From contig CAJWEW010000003.1 of the NCBI GenBank assembly GCA_913030915.1, positions 829 through 64,828 on the forward strand: a stretch of DNA of 64,000 nt, written 5' to 3'. Position numbers and translations under genes: made by a program. Of the stretch, positions 27,276 to 36,087 are shown in pieces (position 1 is the first letter of the stretch; every line of letters begins with the position of its first letter). This DNA is from an uncultured Rhodobiaceae bacterium. Lineage in GTDB: Bacteria > Pseudomonadota > Alphaproteobacteria > Rhizobiales > TMED25. The notes under the pieces were generated by a model that did not search any database, was not told the DNA's origin, and worked only from the letters and a program-made list of their open reading frames with translations.

Positions 27276-27765
27276 CTTTATCGCCCATAAGTTTTTTTAT
27301 TTTTGTATCCATTACGCCACTTTCAAGTCCTAATTTTGTCTCTTCGGAAATCGCATGTATCTGGATCTCTTTTTCTGCATTGTTTGTTACAACAGAGATT
27401 GTTCCAGGGGTCATCGTAATTGAGTTTGCATATATATTGAAGCCCATTGCTGTCTTTTGATTAGATTTTATTTTAAAATATTTTGGAGAGACGTTCAGTG
27501 GAAATTTCAGAATTAATTTTGAGACAAATATACTCGATAATAAGATTTCTTTATAAAGCCATATCCAATATATTATTGCACGAGGAAGTATTGCAATTGG
27601 CAATGATTCATCATCTAAAATTTTTAATTTTTGCTGATAGGTCGTGATTAACATTGAGATGATTACACCAAGCAATAGCAATAAAGCTATATTCTTACCT
27701 GAGAGCAAATACCAAAATAGAAACAATATAAAAAACTGAGCGAGGAAAAGGATATATTTATTCAT
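27268..27765 (-). CDS. mrpE: Mrp subunit E
   Basis: 165 aa. N-terminal TM pair and 'ANSITMTPGTISV' MnhE motif. It overlaps mrpF by 8 nt. Confidence 0.8.
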   Translation of the reverse strand: MNKYILFLAQFFILFLFWYLLSGKNIALLLLLGVIISMLITTYQQKLKILDDESLPIAILPRAIIYWIWLYKEILLSSIFVSKLILKFPLNVSPKYFKIKSNQKTAMGFNIYANSITMTPGTISVVTNNAEKEIQIHAISEETKLGLESGVMDTKIKKLMGDKDV

Positions 27766-27778
27766 TATTAAAACTCAA

Positions 27779-28198
27779 CTACACTTCTCGCATTGCATCA
27801 CTTTTAATCCGCTCGATCATAGATAATAAACCATTTGAACGCTGAGGAGATAAGTGACTTTCAAGACCGAACTTTGCAAATATATCTTCATGTTGAACAT
27901 CCAAAATTTCATCAGGTTTTTTATCAGAATATAGTGCAATTAATATTGCTATTAGACCTTTTACAATGAAAGCATCGCTATCCCCAACAAATTTGATATA
28001 TTTTTCATTTGTTGTACTATCTATAACTTTAGAATGAAGCCATACTTGGCTAACGCAGCCATTAACTTTAGTTTGCGCGTTCTTTAGGTCATCAGGCAGG
28101 TTATCAAGATTCTGTCCAAGCTCGATAATGTATTTGTACTTATCTTCCCAATTATCTAGGAACTCCATGTTTTCAAGTATTTCTTCAATTTTTTCCAT
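27779..28198 (-). CDS. sufE: cysteine desulfuration (sulfur acceptor) protein SufE
   Basis: 139 aa. 'WEDKYKYIIELG', active-site 'VNGCVSQVWL' and 'SDAFIVKGLIA'. Confidence 0.85.
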   Translation of the reverse strand: MEKIEEILENMEFLDNWEDKYKYIIELGQNLDNLPDDLKNAQTKVNGCVSQVWLHSKVIDSTTNEKYIKFVGDSDAFIVKGLIAILIALYSDKKPDEILDVQHEDIFAKFGLESHLSPQRSNGLLSMIERIKSDAMREV

Positions 28199-28204
28199 AG
28201 GCTA

Positions 28205-28243
28205 TGAATAATATTTATATTTGAATAATATTTATATTTGAAT
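28205..28243. repeat. 17-bp tandem direct repeat (2 full copies plus a 5-nt partial) in the sufE/ycgN divergent intergenic region
   Basis: tgaataatatttatatt at 28205-28221 and again at 28222-28238, then tgaat at 28239-28243. Confidence 0.8.
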
Positions 28244-28325
28244 TAGTATATATATATTTATAAAGTTATATTATACGAATTTTATTTTTATTTTAATGAT
28301 CAACGTCAGTTATTAATATTAAATT

Positions 28326-28772
28326 ATGTTTTGGAAAGAGAAACACTTAGGTGAAATGTCTAATGAGGAGTGGGAAGCGCTCTGTGATAGATGTGGCAAA
28401 TGCTGCACTGTCAAATTACAAGATGAATTAAGTGGCCAGCTCTACGATACATCTCTGGTTTGTAAACTATTTGATAAAAATAATTGTCAATGCAAAAGCT
28501 ATGCAGAGAGACATAGATACGTAAAAGACTGTATTAAATTATCCGTTGATAATATCCATGAGCTTAATTGGTTGCCTGATACCTGTGCGTATAAATTAGT
28601 TGCTGAAGGAAAAGATTTATATAGTTGGCATCATTTGATATCTGGAAATTACGAAAAAATACATGAGACAAGAAATACGGTTGTTACAGATGGAACTAAA
28701 AGCGAGACAGATGTAGAAAAAGTAGATTATGAAGATTATATAACAAGAGAAATAGTTGATTATGACAAATAA
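28326..28772 (+). CDS. ycgN: YcgN/UPF0260-family cysteine-cluster protein
   Basis: 148 aa. 'WEALCDRCGKCC', 'CKLFD..NCQCKSYAER' and 'LPDTCAY' pattern of YcgN. Confidence 0.8.
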   Translation: MFWKEKHLGEMSNEEWEALCDRCGKCCTVKLQDELSGQLYDTSLVCKLFDKNNCQCKSYAERHRYVKDCIKLSVDNIHELNWLPDTCAYKLVAEGKDLYSWHHLISGNYEKIHETRNTVVTDGTKSETDVEKVDYEDYITREIVDYDK

Positions 28773-29169
28773 AGTAAAAAGATTATATTTCTACACAACC
28801 GCGACTCTACTTTCTGCCCTTGCTATTGCACTCGTCTTAATAGCACTTGATGAAAATATTATATATTTCTATTCCCCCAGCGAAATCAATCAATCAGAGG
28901 ATGGCACCTTACTTCGTGTTGGCGGTCTTGTTAAAGATGGATCACTAAAAATAGGCAGCGATCTGGGAACAAAATTTATTATTGAGGATAATACAGCTGA
29001 GGTGTCTGTAATATATAATGGCATACTGCCAGATTTATTCAGAGAAGGACAAGGTATCGTCGCTGAAGGGAAATTTATTGATAACTTGTTTATTGCGAAT
29101 GAGATAGTTGCGAAACATGACGAAAATTATATGCCAAAGGAAGTGTATGAGAGTCTTAAAAACAAATAG
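28762..29169 (+). CDS. ccmE: cytochrome c maturation heme chaperone CcmE
   Basis: N-terminal TM anchor, 'LRVGGLV', 'REGQGIVAEG' and the heme-binding 'AKHDENYMPKEV'. ATG 28762 overlaps the ycgN stop by 11 nt (the track start is TTG 28756). Confidence 0.9.
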   Translation: MTNKVKRLYFYTTATLLSALAIALVLIALDENIIYFYSPSEINQSEDGTLLRVGGLVKDGSLKIGSDLGTKFIIEDNTAEVSVIYNGILPDLFREGQGIVAEGKFIDNLFIANEIVAKHDENYMPKEVYESLKNK

Positions 29170-29206
29170 ATTTGACTGTGGTCAAATAAGAAATCTTGAC
29201 ATTTAA

Positions 29207-31144
29207 ATGATTGCGCTTACCGGGAACATTCTACTCATTTTTGCTTTACTGTCATCGATTGTAACCTTATTTTTTGCAAAGGTTCCAGTAATCGATGGGC
29301 ATAAAAAATATAAGTTTGCGTCTCTATTTGGTACATTCCAGTTTTTGTTTATTTTATTTTCTTACATTCTTTTAACCTACGGCTTTGTAATTTCAGATTT
29401 CTCTCTAGTGACAGTATGGCAAAATTCTGAAATACAAAAACCTCTGATTTATAAAATTACGGGTGTATGGGGTAATCATGAAGGATCAATGTTGCTCTGG
29501 CTCTTAATTTTGAGCATTTGTTTATTTTTTATAATAAAATATGATAAAAAAATTCCTAAAAGCGTGCAACTCAATACAATAGCAATTCAAACATCTATCA
29601 TATTTGCCTTTTTATTATTTATACTATTTACATCCAATCCGTTTGCTCTGCAATTACCTATCCCAATTGATGGCGTAGGACTAAATACGCTCTTACAAGA
29701 CCCAGGTCTTATAATTCATCCACCATTACTCTATATAGGATACGTTGGATATTCAGTGCTATTCTCATACTCAGTCGCAATTATGTTAGAAAATAAATTA
29801 ACAGATAATTGGGCAAGATGGATCGAAAAATGGGCCTACATCTCATGGATAGCTCTTACACTTGGAATTTGCATCGGTTCATGGTGGGCTTACTATGAGT
29901 TGGGATGGGGTGGTTGGTGGTTTTGGGATCCAGTCGAAAATGCATCACTTTTGCCATGGATTACAGGAACTGCTCTAATACATTCACTTTTAAATTACAA
30001 ATCTACAGGCCAGCATAGAGACTGGACATTACTGTTATCAATTTTAACATTCTCTTTCAGTCTCATTGGCACTTTTCTTGTAAGATCAGGTATATTAACG
30101 TCCGTACATTCATTCGCATCAGATCCACAGAGAGGTCTATGGATTTTAATCATCCTGTCATTTTTTATCTTTTTTTCACTTTTTATTTTTTTACGTAATC
30201 TACAAAAAGACAGTGAAAAAAAGGACTTTGTTTTTCTCAGAAGAGGGACGTTTATTCTAATAAATAATTACTTATTAATGGTTTCAGTTGTTGTCATTTT
30301 TTTTGGAATGATGTACCCACTTTTACTTGAGGCAATAACTGGAGATCGCATCACCGTCGGTCCAAAATATTTTAATATTGTAATAGCACCATTAGTAATT
30401 TTGATCGCAATTCTCATGCCAATAGGGCCAAATCTCACATGGAAAGATAATTGGACGCAGCTTGCTGTAAAGAGATTAATGATATCCTTTGTAATTACAA
30501 TATTCCTGATCATAGCGATGCAATTAGTAATCTATGAAAATGCTGATGCGTTTCATTTATTGCTAATATCCCTAGCTATATGGATTTTTATCGTTTCAAT
30601 TGTAGATTTATTACCAAGAAATCTGTCAAAATTTAGAATAGAATTCTCTGAATTAAGAAGAAAGAATTTACCAATAATTGGTTCAAGGATAACGCATATG
30701 GCATTTGGTATTATGATATTTGGTATCATATATGCCTCCGCTTATAGTGAGAATAAAGATTTGAAAATGAATTTAGGTGATAAAATTCAAATTGATAGAT
30801 TTGAGTTACAATATGACGGTTTTGGAACTCATATTGGCGAAAACTATGATGACCTACAAATAAATTTTTCATTGATAAAGGATGATAAAAAAATAGCTAA
30901 CATGACTCCTGCGAAGAGGTTTTTTAGAAAAAGTGGAGATATCACAACTGAGGCTAGTATTCACAAATATTATTTTGATCATATGTATATAACCGTTGGG
31001 GAAGTACAAGAACAATTTATATATGCATCGGTGTCATACAAACCTTTCGTAAGATTTATCTGGCTGGGTGGTTTTTTGATGGCTTTTGGTGTATTATTTA
31101 AAACTCTTTTTCGATCAAAAATATTTGGTACTTCAAATGCATAA
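29207..31144 (+). CDS. ccmF: cytochrome c-type biogenesis heme lyase subunit CcmF
   Basis: 645 aa, polytopic. WWD motif 'WGGWWFWDPVENAS' and conserved His residues. Confidence 0.9.
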   Translation: MIALTGNILLIFALLSSIVTLFFAKVPVIDGHKKYKFASLFGTFQFLFILFSYILLTYGFVISDFSLVTVWQNSEIQKPLIYKITGVWGNHEGSMLLWLLILSICLFFIIKYDKKIPKSVQLNTIAIQTSIIFAFLLFILFTSNPFALQLPIPIDGVGLNTLLQDPGLIIHPPLLYIGYVGYSVLFSYSVAIMLENKLTDNWARWIEKWAYISWIALTLGICIGSWWAYYELGWGGWWFWDPVENASLLPWITGTALIHSLLNYKSTGQHRDWTLLLSILTFSFSLIGTFLVRSGILTSVHSFASDPQRGLWILIILSFFIFFSLFIFLRNLQKDSEKKDFVFLRRGTFILINNYLLMVSVVVIFFGMMYPLLLEAITGDRITVGPKYFNIVIAPLVILIAILMPIGPNLTWKDNWTQLAVKRLMISFVITIFLIIAMQLVIYENADAFHLLLISLAIWIFIVSIVDLLPRNLSKFRIEFSELRRKNLPIIGSRITHMAFGIMIFGIIYASAYSENKDLKMNLGDKIQIDRFELQYDGFGTHIGENYDDLQINFSLIKDDKKIANMTPAKRFFRKSGDITTEASIHKYYFDHMYITVGEVQEQFIYASVSYKPFVRFIWLGGFLMAFGVLFKTLFRSKIFGTSNA

Positions 31145-31532
31145 AAAAAATAATTTCAGTAAAATATTTTTCTTCATCTCATTTTTTTTATTTTTTTCTG
31201 CACCACTGGCGCATTCGGCTTCAGAAAATAATGAGAGGAGTTTGTCAAAAAGTATTATGGAAATTGCGGTTGAGTTAAAATGCCTTGAATGCGAAGGGCA
31301 AAATGTTTACGAGTCAAATTCAAATTTTTCTCAATCAATTAAGGCATACATTAGTGAGGAGCTAACAAAAGGAACGGGTTCAAGTGATATTATAAATGAC
31401 CTACATCAAAAATATGGTGATGAGATACTAATGACGCCTCCAGTTCAAGCAAACACATATGTTTTATGGATTTTGCCATTCTTTCTATTATCCCTTGGAT
31501 TTGTTATCTTTTTCTTTAAGTTAAGAAAATGA
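31137..31532 (+). CDS. ccmH: cytochrome c-type biogenesis protein CcmH
   Basis: Signal peptide, 'LKCLECEGQNV' (LRCxxC-type motif) and a C-terminal TM helix. ATG 31137 overlaps the ccmF stop (ATGCATAA). Confidence 0.8.
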   Translation: MHKKNNFSKIFFFISFFLFFSAPLAHSASENNERSLSKSIMEIAVELKCLECEGQNVYESNSNFSQSIKAYISEELTKGTGSSDIINDLHQKYGDEILMTPPVQANTYVLWILPFFLLSLGFVIFFFKLRK

Positions 31533-31547
31533 TACCCAGACAAATTA

Positions 31548-33398
31548 TTATGCAGATTTCTGATTTTTTGGAGCACTTTCATGGGAAATGAGTGGTACTG
31601 ATATTGTAACACATGTTCCTTTACCCGGCGCACTCTTTATGTCGATGTTACCATCATGAATTTGAACAAGAGTGCTTGCAATTGGTAATCCAAGTCTTGA
31701 TCCTTCTTGATTTATGATGTTACTTCTTCTCGATTTATTAAATGGCTTAAAAATTATATCAATCTCTTCATTTGTCATTCCATGACCGTTATCGGCTATC
31801 TCTAAGTTGAGCCACCCATTTTGTACGTTATTATTAATACTTATGGTACCACCGTCCTTGTTGTATTTGATTGCATTAGATAGGATATTGGTAATTATTT
31901 GCCGTATTGCTGTCTCATTACAAAATAAATTTTCTCTAAAGTCGAAGTGATTTTTAACATTGATGTTTTTATCTATTATATCAGCACGAAAGTCTGCTAA
32001 TACCTCGTCGACAATAGTATTTATTTTTTGGCTTTTCTTGTTTATTTTTACATCTTCTTTTTCAAGACTTGTCATAGACTCTATATTGCTAATGATACCA
32101 AGCAATTCATTTCCACTTTCATATATATCTTGGGCATACTCTTTGATCTTATCCGGATCATCAATGACCTGATTTTTTAGAAAATCAGAAAAGCCAATTA
32201 TCGCATTCAAAGGAGTCCTCAGTTCATGACTCATATTTAGTAAGAATTTTGACTTATTGTTTTCAAGTTCTTCAATATTATCTCTCTCTGAGCTATATCT
32301 TTCCGTAAGTTCGATTAGCTGTTTTGACTGAATATCTTGTTTGCGCCTGAGATTATCGAGTTCTTCAACTTTATTAATAAGCTCATTCTCATTATTTAAG
32401 AGATCTTGCTGACTCATTTTCTGATTACTGATGTCAAGAGCCATTGATGCAATATATCCTGCTCCAGTTTTAATTTCTGTTTTCAATATCCATCTCTTGT
32501 CTCTTAATTGAATTTCTTGTTGACTTATTAAACCCGGTAGTGAGTTATCAGGATCTTTTTGAATATCTATTTCAACTAAGGATTTCATGGAAAGCTGAAT
32601 AATTTCAGATTTTGAAGTACCAGACTTTGTTACACTTGGTGGTAGGGAATAGAAATCTCTATACTTAGAGTTACACATGACAAGTTGGCTTTTGCTATTC
32701 CATAAGACAAACGATAGCGGAAGTGAGTCAATAACTTCATTCAGAGTTCTGTGTAAACGTTGGGTATTAATTTCTTGATTCCTATCGTGTGTGACATCAA
32801 TTAATAATCCTGAAATATATGGGTTTCCACGTGTATTATTCATAAGACGGCCCTTGAGTTTGAACCATTTATTTGCAATATTTGTTTGGTATCTGAAGCT
32901 AGCTTCGATTTGATCAATTTTTCCTTGGATTGCTCTATTTGCCAATTGATAGAAATTAATATCCTTTGTTTGAACGCGACTGACAAACTCTTCAAAAGAG
33001 ACTGAGTTCATTGATTTTATTTTTGAAAGAGAAAAACACTTATTTGACATATAAATTTTCTTGTTTTTGACATCCCATGTAAAATATCGTGCATCTTTGT
33101 TATTCAATAAAAGTTTCTGATGGTGTTCGAGGGTAGAGTGGCTATGCAGTATTAAATTTTTCTCATTCTTCTGGTTCCATGAAAGAAGAAAAACTAAAAA
33201 TATGAGGAGTGTATTAGAGCCAACAATAGCAAAAAATAAGTAATTATTATTTAAATTGATAAAATCAACAGTAGAGACATACTGGTTATACGCCATAAAA
33301 ATAGTGGTGATAAGTAATATAGTTAATGCTACAGTTAAACAAATTTCTTTAATTTGGCTCTGTAGATTAACAGCTGGTCTTTTTCTGCCCAACTGCAT
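31548..33398 (-). CDS. membrane-bound PAS-domain sensor histidine kinase (no adjacent response regulator)
   Basis: 616 aa. Two N-terminal TM helices, two PAS-like regions and a coiled coil. H-box 'SHELRTPLNAIIGF', N/G boxes 'NAIKYN', 'DNGHGM' and 'GSRLGLPI'. Confidence 0.85.
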   Translation of the reverse strand: MQLGRKRPAVNLQSQIKEICLTVALTILLITTIFMAYNQYVSTVDFINLNNNYLFFAIVGSNTLLIFLVFLLSWNQKNEKNLILHSHSTLEHHQKLLLNNKDARYFTWDVKNKKIYMSNKCFSLSKIKSMNSVSFEEFVSRVQTKDINFYQLANRAIQGKIDQIEASFRYQTNIANKWFKLKGRLMNNTRGNPYISGLLIDVTHDRNQEINTQRLHRTLNEVIDSLPLSFVLWNSKSQLVMCNSKYRDFYSLPPSVTKSGTSKSEIIQLSMKSLVEIDIQKDPDNSLPGLISQQEIQLRDKRWILKTEIKTGAGYIASMALDISNQKMSQQDLLNNENELINKVEELDNLRRKQDIQSKQLIELTERYSSERDNIEELENNKSKFLLNMSHELRTPLNAIIGFSDFLKNQVIDDPDKIKEYAQDIYESGNELLGIISNIESMTSLEKEDVKINKKSQKINTIVDEVLADFRADIIDKNINVKNHFDFRENLFCNETAIRQIITNILSNAIKYNKDGGTISINNNVQNGWLNLEIADNGHGMTNEEIDIIFKPFNKSRRSNIINQEGSRLGLPIASTLVQIHDGNIDIKSAPGKGTCVTISVPLISHESAPKNQKSA

Positions 33399-33659
33399 AG
33401 TCTCCTCCTCATGATCCGTTTCCGCAATATCGAATCATTTACTATTGATTCGTAATTAGGCGAAAATGTAAAGTAAAAAATGATGAAAAATATTATTTTT
33501 TTTTATAAAATAATGAAAATAGTTATATAAGATACTGATTTTATTGATAAAAAAAAATTAATAGAAAATTAAGATTTTTTTTAAATTCTGCTGTATTTTT
33601 TTAGATTAAATTACTATTCTTCTGTTATTAAATATATAAATTATGATTAAGAGATTACG

Positions 33660-34256
33660 TTGAGTCTAATAAAGAAAATAGATCAGCTCACTGAGCGAGA
33701 TGGCTTACCGAAACAGTTATGTGAGCTCTTGAACAAGTACCCCAGGGACACTTGGACCAAAGATACATTAAACGGTAACTGGGTTGGCTTTTGGCTTGGA
33801 AGGCATTCTGTTTTTAGAGAAATTTGTTATTCACTTAAACATATCATTAATCAATTACTGGATGGCAGTATCTCTCATCAAAATTTCATGCAACAATATA
33901 TCCACTTAATGAATATGATGCTTCACAATTTGGACTCACATCACGCCGTAGAGGACAACTATATATTTCCAAAATTTCATCAAAAAAGTGAGAAATTTAG
34001 ATACGGATTAGAATTGCTAGAGAATGATCATCATTTAATTCATCAGTCTATAGACATACTCACATCCGAGGGTAATAAAATAATTAGAACCTTGAACGAA
34101 AAAAAAGATATTGACCATAAGTTATTGATCGGTAGTTATAGTAAAGTGAATGATAACTTTGATAAATTACTCATAGCACACCTTCATGACGAAGAAGATC
34201 TTCTGATACCTCTTGTCTCAGAATATGGCGAAGAATATTTTGGCTTGGGGCACTAA
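33660..34256 (+). CDS. hemerythrin-like (HHE cation-binding) domain protein
   Basis: 198 aa. His/Glu/Asp ligand pattern 'HHAVEDNYIFP', 'ENDHHLIH' and 'HLHDEEDLLIP'. TTG start as in the track. The stop abuts the dusA ATG. Confidence 0.6.
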   Translation: MSLIKKIDQLTERDGLPKQLCELLNKYPRDTWTKDTLNGNWVGFWLGRHSVFREICYSLKHIINQLLDGSISHQNFMQQYIHLMNMMLHNLDSHHAVEDNYIFPKFHQKSEKFRYGLELLENDHHLIHQSIDILTSEGNKIIRTLNEKKDIDHKLLIGSYSKVNDNFDKLLIAHLHDEEDLLIPLVSEYGEEYFGLGH

Positions 34257-35243
34257 ATGAAAATTCACTCCCATAAATTTTGTGTTGCACCAATGATGGA
34301 CTACACGGATACTCACTTTCGATATTTTCTGAGGCAGCTTTCCTCAAATATTTTTTTATATACTGAAATGGTCTCATGTGACGCCATCATTTTTGGAAAT
34401 AGGGACGGACTTTTAAAATATAATCCGGGAGAGCATCCTGTTGGTCTGCAGATTGGTGGCTCATCTATTGAAAAGATGACGGAGGCTGCAATTATTGGTG
34501 AAGCATTTGGCTATGACGAAATAAATCTCAATATTGGATGTCCATCGCCAAGAGTCCAGAAAGGGAATTTTGGAGCGTGCCTGATGTCCGATGCTAATCT
34601 CGTTAGTGAAATTATTTTAGCCGTTAAAAAAAGAGTTAATATTCCAGTCACTGTAAAATGTCGTTTAGGTATAGATGACCAAGATATTGAGAAAGAACTA
34701 CCTATATTCATGAATTCAATCATTGGAGCTGGTGTCGATCTTGTCATTGTTCACGCGCGCAAGGCGATATTGAGTGGCATTACCCCAAAAGAAAATAGGA
34801 CAATACCCGAGCTCAATTATAATGCTGTTTATGCGATCAAAGAGTATGCATCAGACACAGAAATTATTATAAACGGTGGGATCAACTCAATGGGTGAAAT
34901 TTATGAGCATTTAAAATATACAGATGGCGTCATGCTCGGAAGAAAAATTATCAATGATCCAATATTTATCCTCGAAGTTGATGAAAAATTATTTTCACCA
35001 AAAGTAAAAAAAAATCTTAAGCGAATAATTCAAAATTATAGTGATTATGCAGATCGACAGACAAGTATGGGGACTTCACGGTCGCAAATTATAAAGCCAA
35101 TTATGAGTTTGTTTAACAATAGGCCAAATGCAAAAAAATGGCGAAGAGGATTAGATTATTACAGAAATAGTAATTATTCAGCTTTAGACTACATCACAGA
35201 ATTACATGCTAATTTTATTGATACGGTGGAGTTTAAATATTGA
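34257..35243 (+). CDS. dusA: tRNA dihydrouridine synthase A
   Basis: 328 aa. 'FCVAPMMDYTDTHFRYF', 'INLNIGCPS' and 'VTVKCRLGID'. Confidence 0.85.
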   Translation: MKIHSHKFCVAPMMDYTDTHFRYFLRQLSSNIFLYTEMVSCDAIIFGNRDGLLKYNPGEHPVGLQIGGSSIEKMTEAAIIGEAFGYDEINLNIGCPSPRVQKGNFGACLMSDANLVSEIILAVKKRVNIPVTVKCRLGIDDQDIEKELPIFMNSIIGAGVDLVIVHARKAILSGITPKENRTIPELNYNAVYAIKEYASDTEIIINGGINSMGEIYEHLKYTDGVMLGRKIINDPIFILEVDEKLFSPKVKKNLKRIIQNYSDYADRQTSMGTSRSQIIKPIMSLFNNRPNAKKWRRGLDYYRNSNYSALDYITELHANFIDTVEFKY

Positions 35244-35256
35244 TACTTCGAGTTGA

Positions 35257-36054
35257 TTAAATTACAACACAAATTGACAAATAAATCATAATTTCTGAAA
35301 ATTGTTGTGACGATCCACAGACATCTCCGGTTTGCCCTTTGATTGCCTTCCAAGCTAAGTATGAGACTAGTAATGTTGAGAATACAGCTGCAAAAATAGA
35401 TACAAAATATATCTTATACCCAATAAAGATACAAATCGTTAGAAATGTAATTAATGCAGAAACACCAAATGCAATATATGTACTTGTAATATTTTTCTGA
35501 TGGGCCGCACTGCCGAGGCCAGTTTTTTTTGCAGGAGGTAGCGTTGTTAATATATATAGCATGGATGTCCGCGATAATATTGCAACAGAAACAATAATGA
35601 GAAGCACTTCTATTGTTCCCAAAATACTAAATAGATAATACACAGACATAAATCGGGTCAAAAGGGACAAATTTATAGATACAACCCCATAGGCTCCAAT
35701 TCTGCTATCATCCATAATTTCTAGTTTTCTTTTTTTATTATTTCCACCGTACGAGTCACAGAAATCTGCGAGCCCATCCTCATGTAAGCAGCCTGTAACA
35801 AGTGAAGACATTATAATAATCATTATCGAGTTAATTATGTCTATATCTCTAAAGAGCGAGATAAGAAGAACAGGAAAAGTAATTATAGAACCAAGTATGA
35901 GACCTATGAATGGGATAGTATAGATTATTTGAGATAAGTTTTTTGAACCATTTTTTATTGGCAGCAGCGAAAAGAAAATTAGTCCGCTAAGCGTATCAGG
36001 AATTATATTTTTAAAAAAAATATTTATATCTTTAAGATTAAAATGTTTTATCAT
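35257..36054 (-). CDS. cobS: adenosylcobinamide-GDP ribazoletransferase (cobalamin synthase)
   Basis: 265 aa, polytopic. 'HEDGLADFCDS' and 'GQTGDVCG' CobS motifs. Confidence 0.8.
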   Translation of the reverse strand: MIKHFNLKDINIFFKNIIPDTLSGLIFFSLLPIKNGSKNLSQIIYTIPFIGLILGSIITFPVLLISLFRDIDIINSIMIIIMSSLVTGCLHEDGLADFCDSYGGNNKKRKLEIMDDSRIGAYGVVSINLSLLTRFMSVYYLFSILGTIEVLLIIVSVAILSRTSMLYILTTLPPAKKTGLGSAAHQKNITSTYIAFGVSALITFLTICIFIGYKIYFVSIFAAVFSTLLVSYLAWKAIKGQTGDVCGSSQQFSEIMIYLSICVVI

Positions 36055-36087
36055 ATATCTTTTACTAAGAAAGATTCAAAACTAATT

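Noticed and set aside
29170-29187. Small hairpin atttgac-tgtg-gtcaaat between ccmE and ccmF.
   Set aside because: A 7-bp AT-rich stem with no U-tract, inside an obviously co-transcribed operon. It is too weak to call a terminator or regulator.
33480-33530. 16-codon mini-ORF (MMKNIIFFYKIMKIVI) in the 261-nt AT-rich spacer.
   Set aside because: There is no Shine-Dalgarno sequence, and ATG and stop codons arise by chance at high frequency in sequence this AT-rich. Not supportable without ribosome profiling.
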